Shown: positions 39,580 to 52,040 of the stretch, one piece after another
How positions within the stretch are numbered: position 1 is the first letter of the stretch
How the letters are laid out: every line of letters begins with the position of its first letter
Assembly (NCBI GenBank): GCA_002269645.1
Contig: NIVC01000729.1
Location: 139,256 to 203,255, forward strand
Source: Macrostomum lignano
Lineage: Eukaryota
Length of the DNA stretch: 64,000 nt
Direction of reading: 5' to 3'
The notes under the pieces: model-generated
Seen by the model: the letters and a program-made list of their open reading frames with translations, nothing else
Database searches by the model: none
Told to the model about the DNA's origin: nothing
Program-made: the position numbers and the translations under genes

Positions 39580-40575
39580 ATCCGAGTTTTCGCCATTAAT
39601 GTCGATTTCATTACATTGGTTTTGACTAATTTCTTTCGATAACAACAGCCGCGGCTGTAGGGGGGCATTGAAGGTAAGACGCACAAAGGCTGGCTAGTGT
39701 TGGGAAATATATCCTCACCCCCCATAATTGGCTATAGCGAAAGTTTTTGGCTCAGCTTTGTCTGCCACAAGCGGGAGGAGATAAGATCTTAACTGGCCCG
39801 GCATTCAGGCTGGGGTAAGTCAGGTTTAGTTAGGCTAACGGATATCCCCTAACTGCGGTATGCTTTAATTGACACAAGCGGCCTTGTTCTCGGCTTGAAC
39901 AGTGTGTAAATAACAGGCAGTTGCGTATTTATTACCCGGCTTTGCCTATTTTAAGCTTTTGGGGGGAAATTCGCATTTTTGGCACCTTGGTTTCTTGTTT
40001 TTAATTAGGACTTCGTCTAACGCCACACTTCCAGGGAAGAAAAAAACGATTGCACAAATTAGCCAGCCATCACTTGACTGACTGACTGAGGTACCGCCCC
40101 ATCCCCTAAGCTGCAAAGACAATATATTATTCTTAGTTGGAGTTGTAATCTTAATGGTTATCTAGCTATTGTGTTTTACAGTCTTGGTTACTTGGCCCGT
40201 GAAGCTAATAATTCATGGACAACTAAATTCGAATATGGACGAATATCAGTTGCAGCCGACTTTAGTTGCCAAACACATTAGCAAAAAAGCGTTTCTTAGT
40301 GCTACAGGTAAATTGACCAGCAAGAAAGCAAAAGTTAGTGTATACTTTTCTATACGGTTTTTTCTCCATCGAGATTGTCTATGGTGAAGCCTCTTTAACA
40401 CCGAAAAAAGTCTGCAACATCCGTCACAGAGAACACAATCATTGTATTTGACGCGTCGCAAGAATCTCGACCTCATGCAAAAGACACATCTGCTCCATTG
40501 ACTTGTAATACTTCAACTTCAACTTCAGAAATCAAATCAAAAACCCCTAAAAGTGAAAGTTAGAAAAGAAACAAA

Positions 40576-41898
40576 ATGTCTTCATCAACGAACAGCGTCA
40601 CTCTGGTACACTCTGCTAGCCAGCTGGTCCAGGTGGTTGCCGACGGTCGAACTCGACTAAGAGGCTCGGAGATGCGCCATCCAGTGGTACATGGCGAGCC
40701 CGGAATAAATTACGCCCTGGCATTCGACATGGCCTCAGGTCGCATTGTCGACCTCGGCCCCACAGCGGCAGTTGAGACGCGCCTACAGGCCAGCGGCTGC
40801 ACCGTCCAGACCCGGGTTGACGCCACCGATTGCGTCATCATGCCGGGCTTCGTTGACGCGCACACGCACCCGATCTGGGCCGGCGACCGAGTGCACGAGT
40901 TCGCCATGAAACTGGCCGGCGCCACCTACATGGACATCCACGCGGCTGGCGGTGGAATCCACTTCACGGTGCGCGAAACCGCCCGGGCCACCGATCGGGA
41001 GCTGGCTGACCTGCTGAGCAGTCGCCTGGCTTCAATGAGTCGCCATGGCACCACCCTGGCCGAAGTGAAGTCCGGCTACGGCCTCACGCTCGATGCCGAG
41101 CTGCGGCTGCTGCAGCTGCTGTGCGACGCCGCTGCAGATCCGCTCTGCCCGGTGCGGCTCTCCGTCACCTACCTGGCCGGCCACGCCGTACCACCGGGTC
41201 GCGACTCTGCTGAGTTCGCAGCCGAGGTGGCCTCGGAGCACGTGCCCCGCGTCCTGGCTGAGCGGAAGATCTCTGGCCGACTGTCCGCTGTCCGACAGAT
41301 TGACGTCTTCTGCGAGCGCGGCGTGCTCAACGCAGCTGAGTCGGCTCGGATTCTCGAGGCTGCTCTGCCCGATCTGCGCGGCAACGTCCACGCGGATGAG
41401 CTCAGCGATCAGGACGGCGCGGCGATGGCTTGCCGGTCCGGCGCAGCGGCCGCCTCGCACCTGGAGTTCGTCTCTGTGTCCGGCATCTCAGCGATGGCCT
41501 CGAACGACTGCGGCCCCGTAGCGGTGCTGCTGCCGACCACGGCTCGCCTGTTGCACCTGCCGGCTCCGCCGGCTCGTCGGATGATCGACAGCGGCTGCGC
41601 TGTGGGCCTCGGCAGCGACTTCAACCCGAACGCGCACTGCCTGAGCATGCCGCTGATTGGCCACATGGCCTGCGTGGACTTCGGCCTCAGCATGGAGGAA
41701 GCCCTGGCCGCCTGCACAATCAACGGTGCAGCGGCGCTGGGCCTGTCGGACCAGACAGGCAGCCTGGAGGTTGGCAAACTGGCCGACTTTGTTCTGCTGC
41801 GGGCGCCCCGGTGGGAGCACGCGTTCTACCAGGTGGGCGACTCTGACAGTCTGGTGAAGCTGGTGTGCTGCGGCGGACGGTTGGTGAAGAAGGGCTGA
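40576..41898 (+). CDS. amdhd1: Imidazolonepropionase (histidine catabolism, amidohydrolase family), intronless, 440 aa
   Basis: MPGFVDAHTHPIWAGDRVHEFAMKLAGATYMDIHAAGGGIHFTV, EVKSGYGL, DVFCERG, HADEL, SHLE, LLPTT, LGSDFNPNA, TINGAAALG, GSLEVGKLAD: hallmark HutI/AMDHD1 motifs, with the animal-type FAMKLAGATYM segment. Confidence 0.96.
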   Translation: MSSSTNSVTLVHSASQLVQVVADGRTRLRGSEMRHPVVHGEPGINYALAFDMASGRIVDLGPTAAVETRLQASGCTVQTRVDATDCVIMPGFVDAHTHPIWAGDRVHEFAMKLAGATYMDIHAAGGGIHFTVRETARATDRELADLLSSRLASMSRHGTTLAEVKSGYGLTLDAELRLLQLLCDAAADPLCPVRLSVTYLAGHAVPPGRDSAEFAAEVASEHVPRVLAERKISGRLSAVRQIDVFCERGVLNAAESARILEAALPDLRGNVHADELSDQDGAAMACRSGAAAASHLEFVSVSGISAMASNDCGPVAVLLPTTARLLHLPAPPARRMIDSGCAVGLGSDFNPNAHCLSMPLIGHMACVDFGLSMEEALAACTINGAAALGLSDQTGSLEVGKLADFVLLRAPRWEHAFYQVGDSDSLVKLVCCGGRLVKKG

Positions 41899-42295
41899 GC
41901 ATTGTTGGCTACCGATATGTTGTGTAAAATACATTTCGTATTTAAAACTTCAAGCCCTATCAGCAGGATGGAAATAATTATTGTTTCCTTACATTTAGTG
42001 ACTACCGATATGTATTGTAGTTAATTTTAATCTCTACTCGGAATCAGGTTTTCTCTTCAGATTTTTCTCGTTTAATTTTTTAGTTTCTCAGTTGCAATAT
42101 TTCGTATTATTGTTTTTCCTCAATTTTGTAGTTTTATGCAGTCTTCGCTCATTAATATTTTTTGATCATTTTTATTTCTGAGTGACATAATGACGGACAT
42201 TATTTTTTAGGATGTAAATGGTTTCCATTGGATGTTATAAGAGGCATTGAGGGATGTCAGAAGGTTTTATTTGTGTCAGTTTATAGTTGGGATGC

Positions 42296-43650
42296 CAAAA
42301 GAGGTCAAATGGCACACAGATGATGTCAAATGGCACACAGAGGAGGTCAAATGACACACAGATGATGTCAAATGACACACAGATGATGTCAAATGACACA
42401 CAGATGATGTCAAATGGCACACAGATGATGTCAAATGACACACAGATGATGTCAAATGGCACACAGAGGAGGTCAAATGGCACACAGATAATGTCAAATG
42501 GCACACAGAGGAGGTCAAATGGCACACAGATGATGTCAAATGGCACACAGAGGAGGTCAAATGGCACACAGATAATGTCAAATGGTACACAGAGGAGGTC
42601 AAATGGCACACAGATGATGTCAAATGGCACACAGATGATGTCAAATGGCACACAGATGATGTCAAATGGCACACAGATGATGTCAAATGGCACACAGAGG
42701 AGGTCAAATGGCACACAGATGATGTCAAATGGCACACAGATGATGTCAAATGGCACACAGATGATGTCAAATGGCACACAGAGGAGGTCAAATGGCACAC
42801 AGATGATGTCAAATGGCACACAGATGATGTCAAATGGCACACAGATGATGTCAAATGGCACACAGAGGAGGTCAAATGGCACACAGATGATGTCAAATGG
42901 CACACAGAGGAGGTCAAATGGCACACAGATGATGTCAAATGGCACACAGATGATGTCAAATGGCACACAGATGATGTCAAATGGCACACACAGGATGTCA
43001 AATGGCACACACAGGATGTCAAATGGCACACACAGGATGTCAAATGGCACACACAGGATGTCAAATGCCACCAGAGGATGTCAAATGGCACACAGATGAT
43101 GTCAAATGGCACACAGGATGTCAAATGGCACACAGAGGATGTCAAATGGCACACAGAGGATGTCAAATGGCACACAGAGGATGTCAAATGGCACTAGAGG
43201 ATTGTCAAATGGCACACAGAGGATGTAAAATGGCACACAGGATGTCAAATGGCACACAGAGGATGCCAAATGCCACTAGAGGATTGTCAAATGGCACAGA
43301 GGATGTCAAATGGCACACAGAGGATGTAAAATGTCACACAGGATGTCAAATGGCACACAGAGGATGTCAAATGGCACACAGAGGATGTCAAATGGCACAC
43401 AGAGGATGTCAAATGGCACACAGAGGATGTCAAATGGCACTAGAGGATTGTCAAATGGCACACAGAGGATGTCAAATGGCACACAGAGGATGCCAAATGC
43501 CACTAGAGGATTGTCAAATGGCACAGAGGATGTCAAATGGCACACAGAGGATGTAAAATGGCACACAGGATGTCAAATGGCACACAGAGGATGTCAAATG
43601 GCACACAGAGGATGTCAAATGGCACACAGATGATGTCAAATGGCACCAAG
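42296..43650. repeat. 21-nt minisatellite (gtcaaatggcacacagatgat / ...gagga)
   Basis: Direct inspection. Confidence 0.97.
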
Positions 43651-44620
43651 AGGTCAGTCATTAGGCGTCAGAGGATGCCAGGGTCACTGGCAGGTCAGCG
43701 GATGCTTAGAATTACGCCAAGGTGCTTAACTCGAACAGCCACTCAGCCTGATCCCAATAATCCCTCGCTGCATTGCACACCCAATTTCCCTCACAAAGAT
43801 GCAAAAAAGCGCACCGTAATTCCACATGCTGGAACCATGGGAAGGGTCAGTGAGCGAGGGAAGGAAGGGCGGCCATCCCACACACAGAGGGAATGCAAGC
43901 CCACAAAAGGGGGTTTGCTGGTAAAGTTATTTTAACAAGCCCCGCTCCAGTAACTCCCCTGTAGAGACATCCGTGGCCCTTCCAATATTCGGACACACCT
44001 TAACAACAAGTTGCCTCTTTCTGCTTAGTTTATAATGGGAAGAAACCGCGGTGTTTATCCCACAGGAAATCCATTACTTTTAGTGTCTTCCATTACGCTT
44101 CGTTTGACACGGAAAGCAAGAGGCTTGCAGTCGGTGCAGTCGCTATGTAGCGTGTGCAATCTTTTCATAATAAATATTCCGTTAACTGGTTTTACCGACT
44201 GTAATGCGTTCGAGTTTTGTTAATCTGTGACTTTGTAATTTTACATGCTTTTATTCTCTTTTTCAATTGGTGCTGTTGCTTTTATGGGCAAGGTTTTCTG
44301 CTAATTTTATCGGCTAATATACTAAATTGGACTTAGCACTATAGTTGAAATGTGCACTTCTGCTTGTGCAATGCAGTTTATTATATTGATGTTCAGACTC
44401 ATAATATCTTGGAGCATCAACTAAAATACAAACTGCCACACTGTGTAGTGTTTCTTTATTTAAATAGCGTATCTAAGAATCCGAGAATTCTTTTTAAGAC
44501 TGCCAATCATTTTACCAATGTGGTTACTTTCGTCTATGGCTAAAACACTGCTCATGGTCTGGGGCACAGGCACAGCCAGAGCATTGAGTTTGACACAGAG
44601 CATTTAAAGGGCCTGTCAAC

Positions 44621-44939
44621 TTAAGCTCATAAAGTGGAGACTGAGTAATCTAATACGTCATTCCACTCACAGTAGCAATAGGAAGCTGGATTTGGCTAAA
44701 AAGTGACCATGGACCATGAGATAGAAGTGAACAAGCAAGGGAATAATTAGGGACTTCATCTTATGAGCTTACATGTAAGTTTATATAATAGTCCCTAATT
44801 ATCATTTTGCTTGTTCTTTCCTATCACAGGTCCAATTTTTGTCGCCTTTTTGCCAAATCCAGCTTCCTGGTGTCGCTGTAAGCAGAATGACGTATTGTTT
44901 GTGTACATAGGTTACTCTGGCTCCACTTTATGAGCTTAA
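44621..44939. mobile_element. Palindromic MITE (about 135-bp arms, about 35-nt loop) bounded by TTAA
   Basis: ttaagctcataaagtggag... and ...ctccactttatgagcttaa; inner arms also pair (ggaagctggatttgg / ccaaatccagcttcc). Confidence 0.75.
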
Positions 44940-45415
44940 TCGCTGTGCAAATGAAGCTGGAGACTCCTACCAGATGAAATCAATCTACTTAAGGATTGGC
45001 GTTCCATGGTACTGCAGAGAATTGCGCGGAGTCGCCGGTGTGGATATCCAACCCCCGCTAGCTCTGGAAGTATCTCAATGGTCTTGATGACCGAATTCTC
45101 AAGTCAGCTGCTCCGCAGACCCCCATTTTGGGCCATAGACAATGAAAAAGCAAATCTTTCATTTAGCTTGACTTCTCCCGCTAAGGATTGAATAGCGTAA
45201 GTTGGCTTGGAAATTGCAGTAATATGAAAAACCCAGGTGATGATGAGGAGACTGCAAGGCGACATGCCACACAGACAGCGGAGCCAATGACAGACTCCGT
45301 AGCCCCAAAGTCACCATAGGAATCCAGCGAATGGATCCACCAGCCAATGGTGAAGCAGTGTTCAACCAGCAGCTTCAACGCATGGCTGATTGGAAAGACG
45401 CGCCATACTTATTAT

Positions 45416-45643
45416 AGATAGGAACCAGAAGATTGAATGGTGGAGTCAGGACTAAACCGGTAGGCAAAGGGTACTTCAGCGTTATCGCGGCGCGTTTCTG
45501 ATAACACAAGAGAGCCAAAGCAGCAGAGCGATCTGTTTAAATCCGTCTATCTGACCTGTCCGTGCTGTGACCCCCCAATTTTATCAGCTTGCCCCAACAA
45601 CTACTGCGGCGCTTTGCTATCTGTGAGGCCGCTTCCTCTATCA
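45416..45643. promoter_or_regulatory. Cluster of six WGATAR sites upstream of the GATA gene; three CCAAT boxes lie further upstream at about 45270-45395
   Basis: AGATAG 45416, TGATAA 45499, reverse-strand sites at 45547, 45581, 45617, 45638. Confidence 0.6.
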
Positions 45644-45719
45644 ATCTATAATCCATCTCTTACCCAGTCAAGCCCTCTCTCTTTTTCTCTCTCTCTCTTC
45701 CGGTATAATATCCGCCACA

Positions 45720-48700
45720 ATGGCATCCGCTTATTATCATCCTTGGTCAACTCGAATCGGCAGCCGCGACTATCCCCAGCAGCAACAGCAGCAGAGTTTT
45801 CAACGTCCGACCGATGGCTCTGAGAGTTCCTCGGGTGCTGCAACAGTGGCAACTAACGATCCATATGCTGGTTATCGAGCTGGTGAGTTCAAAAAGAGGC
45901 CTTATAAATTTGGCTTGAACCTGAATCCTAGTTTACTGACACCTGAATCCTTAGTTTACTGACACCTGAATCCCAGTTTACTGACACTTGAATCCTTAGT
46001 TTACTGACACCTGAATCCTTAGTTTACTGACACCTGAATCCCAGTTTACTGACACCTGAATCCCAGTTTACTGACACCTAGCTGAATCCCAGTTTTCTGA
46101 CACCTGAATCCCAGTTTAGTGACACCTGAATCCCTGTTTACTGACACCTGAATCCTTAGTTTACTGACACCTGAATTTTTAGTTTACTGACACCTGAATC
46201 CCAGTTTACTGACACCTGAATCCTTAGTTTACTGACACCTGAATCCCAATTTACTGGCACCTGAATCCCAGTTTACTGACACCTGAATCCTTAGTTTACT
46301 GACACCTGAATCCTTAGTTTACTGACACCTGAATCCCAGTTTACTGACACCTGCCTGAATCCCAGTTTACTGACACCTGAATCCTTAGTTTACTGACACC
46401 TGAATCCTTAGTTTACTGACACCTGAATCCCAGTTTACTGACACCTACCTGAATCTCAGTTTACTGACACCTGAATCCCAGTTTACTGACACCTGAATCC
46501 CAGTTTACTGACACCTGAATCCCAGTTTACTGACACCTGAATCCCAGTTTACTGACACCTGAATCCTTAGTTTACTGACACCTGAATTTTTAGTTTACTG
46601 ACACCTGTATCTCAGTTTACTGACACCTACCTGAATCTCAGTTTACTGACACCTGAATCCCAGTTTACTGACACCTGAATCCCAGTTTACTGACACCTGA
46701 ATCCCAGTTTACTGACACCTGAATCCTTAGTTTACTGACACTTGAATCCTTAGTTTACTGACACTTGAATCCTTAGTTTACTGACACCTGAATCCTTAGT
46801 TTACTGACACCTGAATCCTTAGTTTACTGACACTTGAATCCTTAGTTTACTGACACTTGAATCCTTAGTTTACTGACACCTGACTCCTTAGTTTACTGAC
46901 ACCTGACTCCTTAGTTTACTGACACCTGAATCCTTAGTTTACTGACACTTGAATCCTTAGTTTACTGACACTTGAATCCTTAGTTTACTGACACTTGAAT
47001 CCTTAGTTTACTGACACCTGAATCCTTAGTTTACTGACACTTGAATCCTTAGTTTACTGACACTTGAATCCTTAGTTTACTGACACCTGAATCCCAGTTT
47101 ACTGACACCTGAATCCCAGTTTACTGACACCTGAATCCTTAGTTTACTGACACCTGACTCCTTAGTTTACTGACACCTGACTCCTTAGTTTACTGACACC
47201 TGACTCCTTAGTTTACTGACACCTGAATCCTTAGTTTACTGACACCTGAATCCCAGTTTACTGACACCTGAATCCCAGTTTACTGACACCTGAATCCCAG
47301 TTTACTGACACCTGAATCCTAGTTTTTTATCATTGAAACGGTCGTCCAGATCTCTGAAAAATCTCATCGAACAAAACCAGCAGGTCATCACGAGCAGCAC
47401 CCAACATGGCCAAGCCATTGCGCGCTGCCCACAACTCCAGACTCAACCATCATGAACCAGCTTCATCAACATCAACAGCCCCAGCAACAGCATCATCAGC
47501 ACTACCAGCTGCACCAGACTCCAACTGCAGTTCATCCGTACCAGGCATGGACTGCAGGGGCCTACCAGCAGTGCGGGTCAACAGCCGTCTTCCCGCCCGA
47601 CTGTGAGCTGCACAGACACCCATGTTTTGCAGTCTTTCTATCTCTCACCATTCTATCTCTCACCATTCTATCTCTCACCATTCTATCTCTCACTATTCTA
47701 TCTCTCACCATTCTATCTCTCACTATTCTATCTCTCACTATTCTATCTCTCACTATTCTATCTCTCACCATTCTATCTCTCACTATTTTATCTCTCACCG
47801 TTTCTATCTCTCACCATTCTATCTCTCACTATTCTATCTCTCACCATTCTATCTCTCACCATTCTATCTCTCACCATTTCTATTTTTCTCACTCTCTCCA
47901 TCTCTCTCCTACTACATTTCTCTACCTTTCTGTACTCTTCATAACCCCTTTAACATGAAAAACGTATCAAAGTTTCCACATCCTCAACACCGCAGGGTAC
48001 AGCAGCATCTGCAGCCCAGCAGCAGGTCACCAGGTGGCTTCATCAACGAGTCACTGCTCCGCCACTGCTGCCGCTGCCGCCGTAGCGGCCGCAGCTGCTT
48101 CAACCAGACAACAACCAGAGTGCGCCTCTTGCGGCTCCCTGATCCCATTTCCCATGGCAACCGCCCAGAGACTGCGCTGTAGAGAGCAACAGCAACAGCG
48201 ACTTCACCCAGACAGTCCTTCAACCAGCTCTGCTGAGCACTTCCTCTGCTCCAACTGCTCACTGTACGCTGCTGGTGGCGGCGCTTCTCAACCAATGATG
48301 CAGTTTCCGCATCCTGTGCCTCATCAGCAGCATCAGCAGCAGCTATACCAGCAGCCTCATCATCAACCACAGCCACATCATCAGTTTCAATCCAGCCATA
48401 TTCAACATTCAAAAGCGATTAAAATGGAGGCCCGTTCGAACTCCAGCGCGACAACTGCGAATTTGCCTGGCAACCAAAATTCGAATCAGTCCACGAGGAG
48501 ACACGTGAGTTGAGTTGATTTGCTGAAGAAATTCTCTGCCCAGGTGTCATCGGGGTAGTTCCACATTCATGTTAGTAGTGCTTTTCGAGCATGGACCGAA
48601 AAAAGCAGAAAAAGTTTGTCTCGATGCGTAAAAAAAGCAATTTGTTTGAGGCTTCGAATTTTAACAGAATTTTCTGCAACGATTTTTCGTTTTTTGTTAA

Positions 48701-50383
48701 ACATATCGCTTGATACGTGAGCCTTCGAAAAAGGTGCCATTCTTGTATGAAGTTAACTCCTGAAAACAGCCTCTAAATTACCACTGTAAATGCCCCCTAA
48801 CAATGTGTCTGTGTCAATGCCCTCAGACCAAAAATACCCTGTTTGAAAATACCTTTCTGAAAGCACCCCTCTGAAAATAGCTCTTAAGAAAATACCGCTT
48901 CTATAAATACCCATTTCTAAAAATACCCTAATGAAAAGACCCTTCTGAAAATTCCCTTTCTGAAAATACTCCTAATGAACATACCTATAAAAATACCCCT
49001 TGAAAATGCCCCTTCTAAAAGTACCCCTTTCTAAAAAAACCCGTTCTGAAAATACCACCTTCCTCAAATACCCCTTCTGAAAATACCCCTTCTGAAAATA
49101 CCCATTCTGAAAATACCCATTTTGAAATTCCCCTTCTGAAAATACCCCTTCTAAAAATACCCCTTCTGAAAATACCCATTTCTGAAAATACCCTTCTGAA
49201 AATACCCATTTCTGAAAAAACCTTTCTACGAGCGTAAAAATACCCCTTCTGAAAATACCCATTTCTAATAACACCTTTCTAAAAATACCCCTTCTGAAAA
49301 TATCCCTTATGAAAATACCCATTTTGAAATTCCCCTTCTGAAAATACCCATTCTGAAAATACCCCTCTCTGAAAATACCCATTCTGAAAATACCCCTCTC
49401 TGAAAATACCCCTTCTGAAAATACCTCTTCTGAAAATACCCCTTATGAAAATTCCATCTCCAGCTATCCAGGCGGGTCGGCACCGTGTGCTCAAACTGCC
49501 AGACAGCTCAATCAACTCTCTGGCGTCGCAGCCCCCACGGTCTCACCGTCTGCAACGCCTGCGGCCTTTACGAGAAGCTGCACGGGGTAAGCGGGCTGGG
49601 GACTCGTTGAGGGGATCGGAGAACTCTGATTTATGGGAAAATACCTCAAATTCACATCAACTCACACTATCGTCTTGCTTCATACAGACTCCTCGCCCAG
49701 CATCGCTAAAGAAAGACGTCATTCAGACCAGAAAGCGAAAGTCAAAGAAGGTCAAATCGATTGCCAAAACTAACGGATTAGTGACAGGTGAGAACATTGC
49801 CATGTGATTCCTTCACTGTTCAATCGCTTCATCCCTACTGGCTCAAACCCTTCCCTGCTCAAACCCTTCCCTGCTCAAACCCTTCCCTGCTCAAACCCTT
49901 CCCTGCTCAAACCCTTCCCTGCTCAAACCCTTCCCTGCTAAACCCTTCCCTGCTCAAACCCTTCCCTGCTCAAACCCTTCCCTGCTCAAACCCTTCCCTG
50001 CTTAAACCCTTCCCTGCTCAAACCCTTCACTGCTCAAACCCTTCCCTGCTCAAACCCTTCACTGCTCAAACCCTTCCCTGCTCAAACCCTTCCCTGCTCC
50101 AACCCTTCCCTGCTCAAACTCTTCACTGCTCAAACCCTTCCCTGCTCAAACCCTTCCCTGCTCCAACCCTTCCCTGCTCAAACCCTTCCCTGCTCAAACC
50201 CTTCAACCCCTCTCTCACTCAACCCTCCTCCACTCAAACCCTCCAAAAATCTCTCCAAAATTTGCAGAGCCAACAAAATCGTCTCCAACCCAGGCCGTTG
50301 GCTGCAGTTTCGCCCCGCCGATCCTGACGCCAAATGGTTTCTCCCCGGACTCAAAGCTCTTCCACACTGAGAAGTTTGCGTAA
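45720..50383 (+). CDS. gata456: GATA4/5/6-class zinc-finger transcription factor, 6 exons
   Basis: Exons 45720-45882, (47381, 47384 or 47441; acceptor ambiguous)-47602, 47996-48504, 49464-49586, 49688-49787, 50268-50383. C-finger [41 protein letters not shown] (CX2CX17CX2C), then the conserved intron and [26 protein letters not shown] and TRKRK are GATA456-type signatures. Confidence 0.92.
45918..47322. repeat. 22-nt minisatellite (cctgaatcccagtttactgaca) filling GATA intron 1
   Basis: About 62 copies. Confidence 0.97.
47636..47880. repeat. 15-nt minisatellite (ttctatctctcacca) in GATA intron 2
   Basis: Direct inspection. Confidence 0.94.
48830..49445. repeat. 15-16-nt minisatellite (aaaataccc(c/a)ttctg) in GATA intron 3
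   Basis: Direct inspection. Confidence 0.9.
49843..50205. repeat. 16-nt minisatellite (ctcaaacccttccctg) in GATA intron 5
   Basis: Direct inspection. Confidence 0.95.
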
Positions 50384-50859
50384 CTGTCTCTTTAACTGCA
50401 GCTTGAACATGTGTGTTCTGTAACTATAATTTCGATACATCGTGCATCACTGCTTTGTTGTCTTCTTCTACGCAATCTAATTTTACAAGCGTAAATAATT
50501 GGTTACTCATAAATCTTAACTGGGTTTTAATCAACCGAACACGTCAGTGAATGAAATGTAACATAAATTTATTTTCCAAGTTTGTCTACTCGTGCTGATT
50601 ATTGTGTCAAAGTCATTTTCTAATAGTCATACTAGTCTTGTAAATTATTTAACTAACTTTTTTCAAAGCGCATGCTTATGTATAAAAATAAAAATATATG
50701 TACCTGTATTTATCGCGCAGTTACCAACATGCACCCTGCAATAAATACTACTGTTTAATTGAGTAGCTCAGTGAGAAACTTTCAAGCCATTTTGTAACAA
50801 CTTTACAATCTGATTTTACGCGCCGATGACCTGCGGATCCGTGAGAATAGCGGTAGGCC

Positions 50860-51512
50860 AGCAACTGGGAGTCTGAGAGGCTGGCCCAGCAACTGAGGAT
50901 CTGGGAGGCTGGCCCAGCAACTGAGGATCTGGGAGGCTGGCCCAGTAACTGGGGATCTGGGAGGCTGGCCCAGCAACTGAGGATCTGGGAGGCTGGCCCA
51001 GCAACTGAGGATCTGGGAGGCTGGCCCAGTAACTGAGGATCTGGGAGGCTGGCCCAGCAACTGAGGATCTGGGAGGCTGGCCCAGCAACTGAGGATCTGG
51101 GAGGCTGGCCCAGTAACTGAGGATCTGGGAGGCTGGCCCAGCAACTGAGGATCTGGGAGGCTGGCCCAGCAACTGAGGATCTGGGAGGCTGGCCCAGTAA
51201 CTGAGGATCTGGGAGGCTGGCCCAGCAACTGAGGATCTGGGAGGCTGGCCCAGCAACTGAGGATCTGGGAGGCTGGCCCAGCAACTGAGGATCTGGGAGG
51301 CTGGCCCAGTAACTGAGGATCTGGGAGGCTGGCCCAGCAACTGAGGATCTGGGAGGCTGGCCCAGCAACTGAGGATCTGGGAGGCTGGCCCAGCAACTGA
51401 GGATCTGGGAGGCTGGCCCAGCAACTGAGGATCTGGGAGGCTGGCCCAGCAACTGAGGATCTGGGAGGCTGGCCCAGCAACTGAGGATCTGGGAGGCTGG
51501 CCCAGCAACTGA
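50860..51512. repeat. 28-nt minisatellite (ctggcccagcaactgaggatctgggagg)
   Basis: About 23 near-identical copies. Confidence 0.97.
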
Positions 51513-52040
51513 TGCATGCGGAGGCAGCTTATCTTCAATTTGCAACGGGTAATTTTTCCCAAAAAATTTTCCCAGCCTTCTGAGTGCCAGACAAGCTGTC
51601 AGACATTTTTGCTTCACACGCTAAATTCTCAATATGATTCCACAGCTGTGCAGAACTTTGTTTGTCGAAAGTGAAGGATTTTTATCCAGATTTGCAGCTG
51701 CTCAACTTCCCATTTCATATTGCAATTAGCCCAGAAACTGCCAGCTTTTATCGCAAACCGGGGATGCTAAAAAACTCGATTAGCTGATATGAGTTGCTTG
51801 CTTGTCGCCCGAAAGTGGAGTGAGATCCGAGTGAAATTGGAACAAAACGTGAGTGAGATGAGAGTAGAATTCGGGTGAGAATGGAGTAAGACTTGGGTAC
51901 GATTGGAGTAAACATGAGTGAGATTGAAGTGAGTCCAGATCGAAGTTGGGTAGAGTTAGGTGAGATTGTGACATAAGTGAGATTAGAGTGAGACAGGAGT
52001 TAGATGAGTTGCTTGCAAGTGCCTGCTCAGGGGAGTCGGC

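Noticed and set aside
40576-41898. Horizontal transfer of bacterial hutI (intronless, GC-rich)
   Set aside because: Motifs such as FAMKLAGATYMDIHAAGGGIHFTV match animal AMDHD1, and GC content matches other host exons. A phylogeny would be the definitive test.
42235-43633. Cys/Met-rich repeat ORFs (metallothionein- or antifreeze-like look)
   Set aside because: 21-nt minisatellite open on both strands, with no gene structure.
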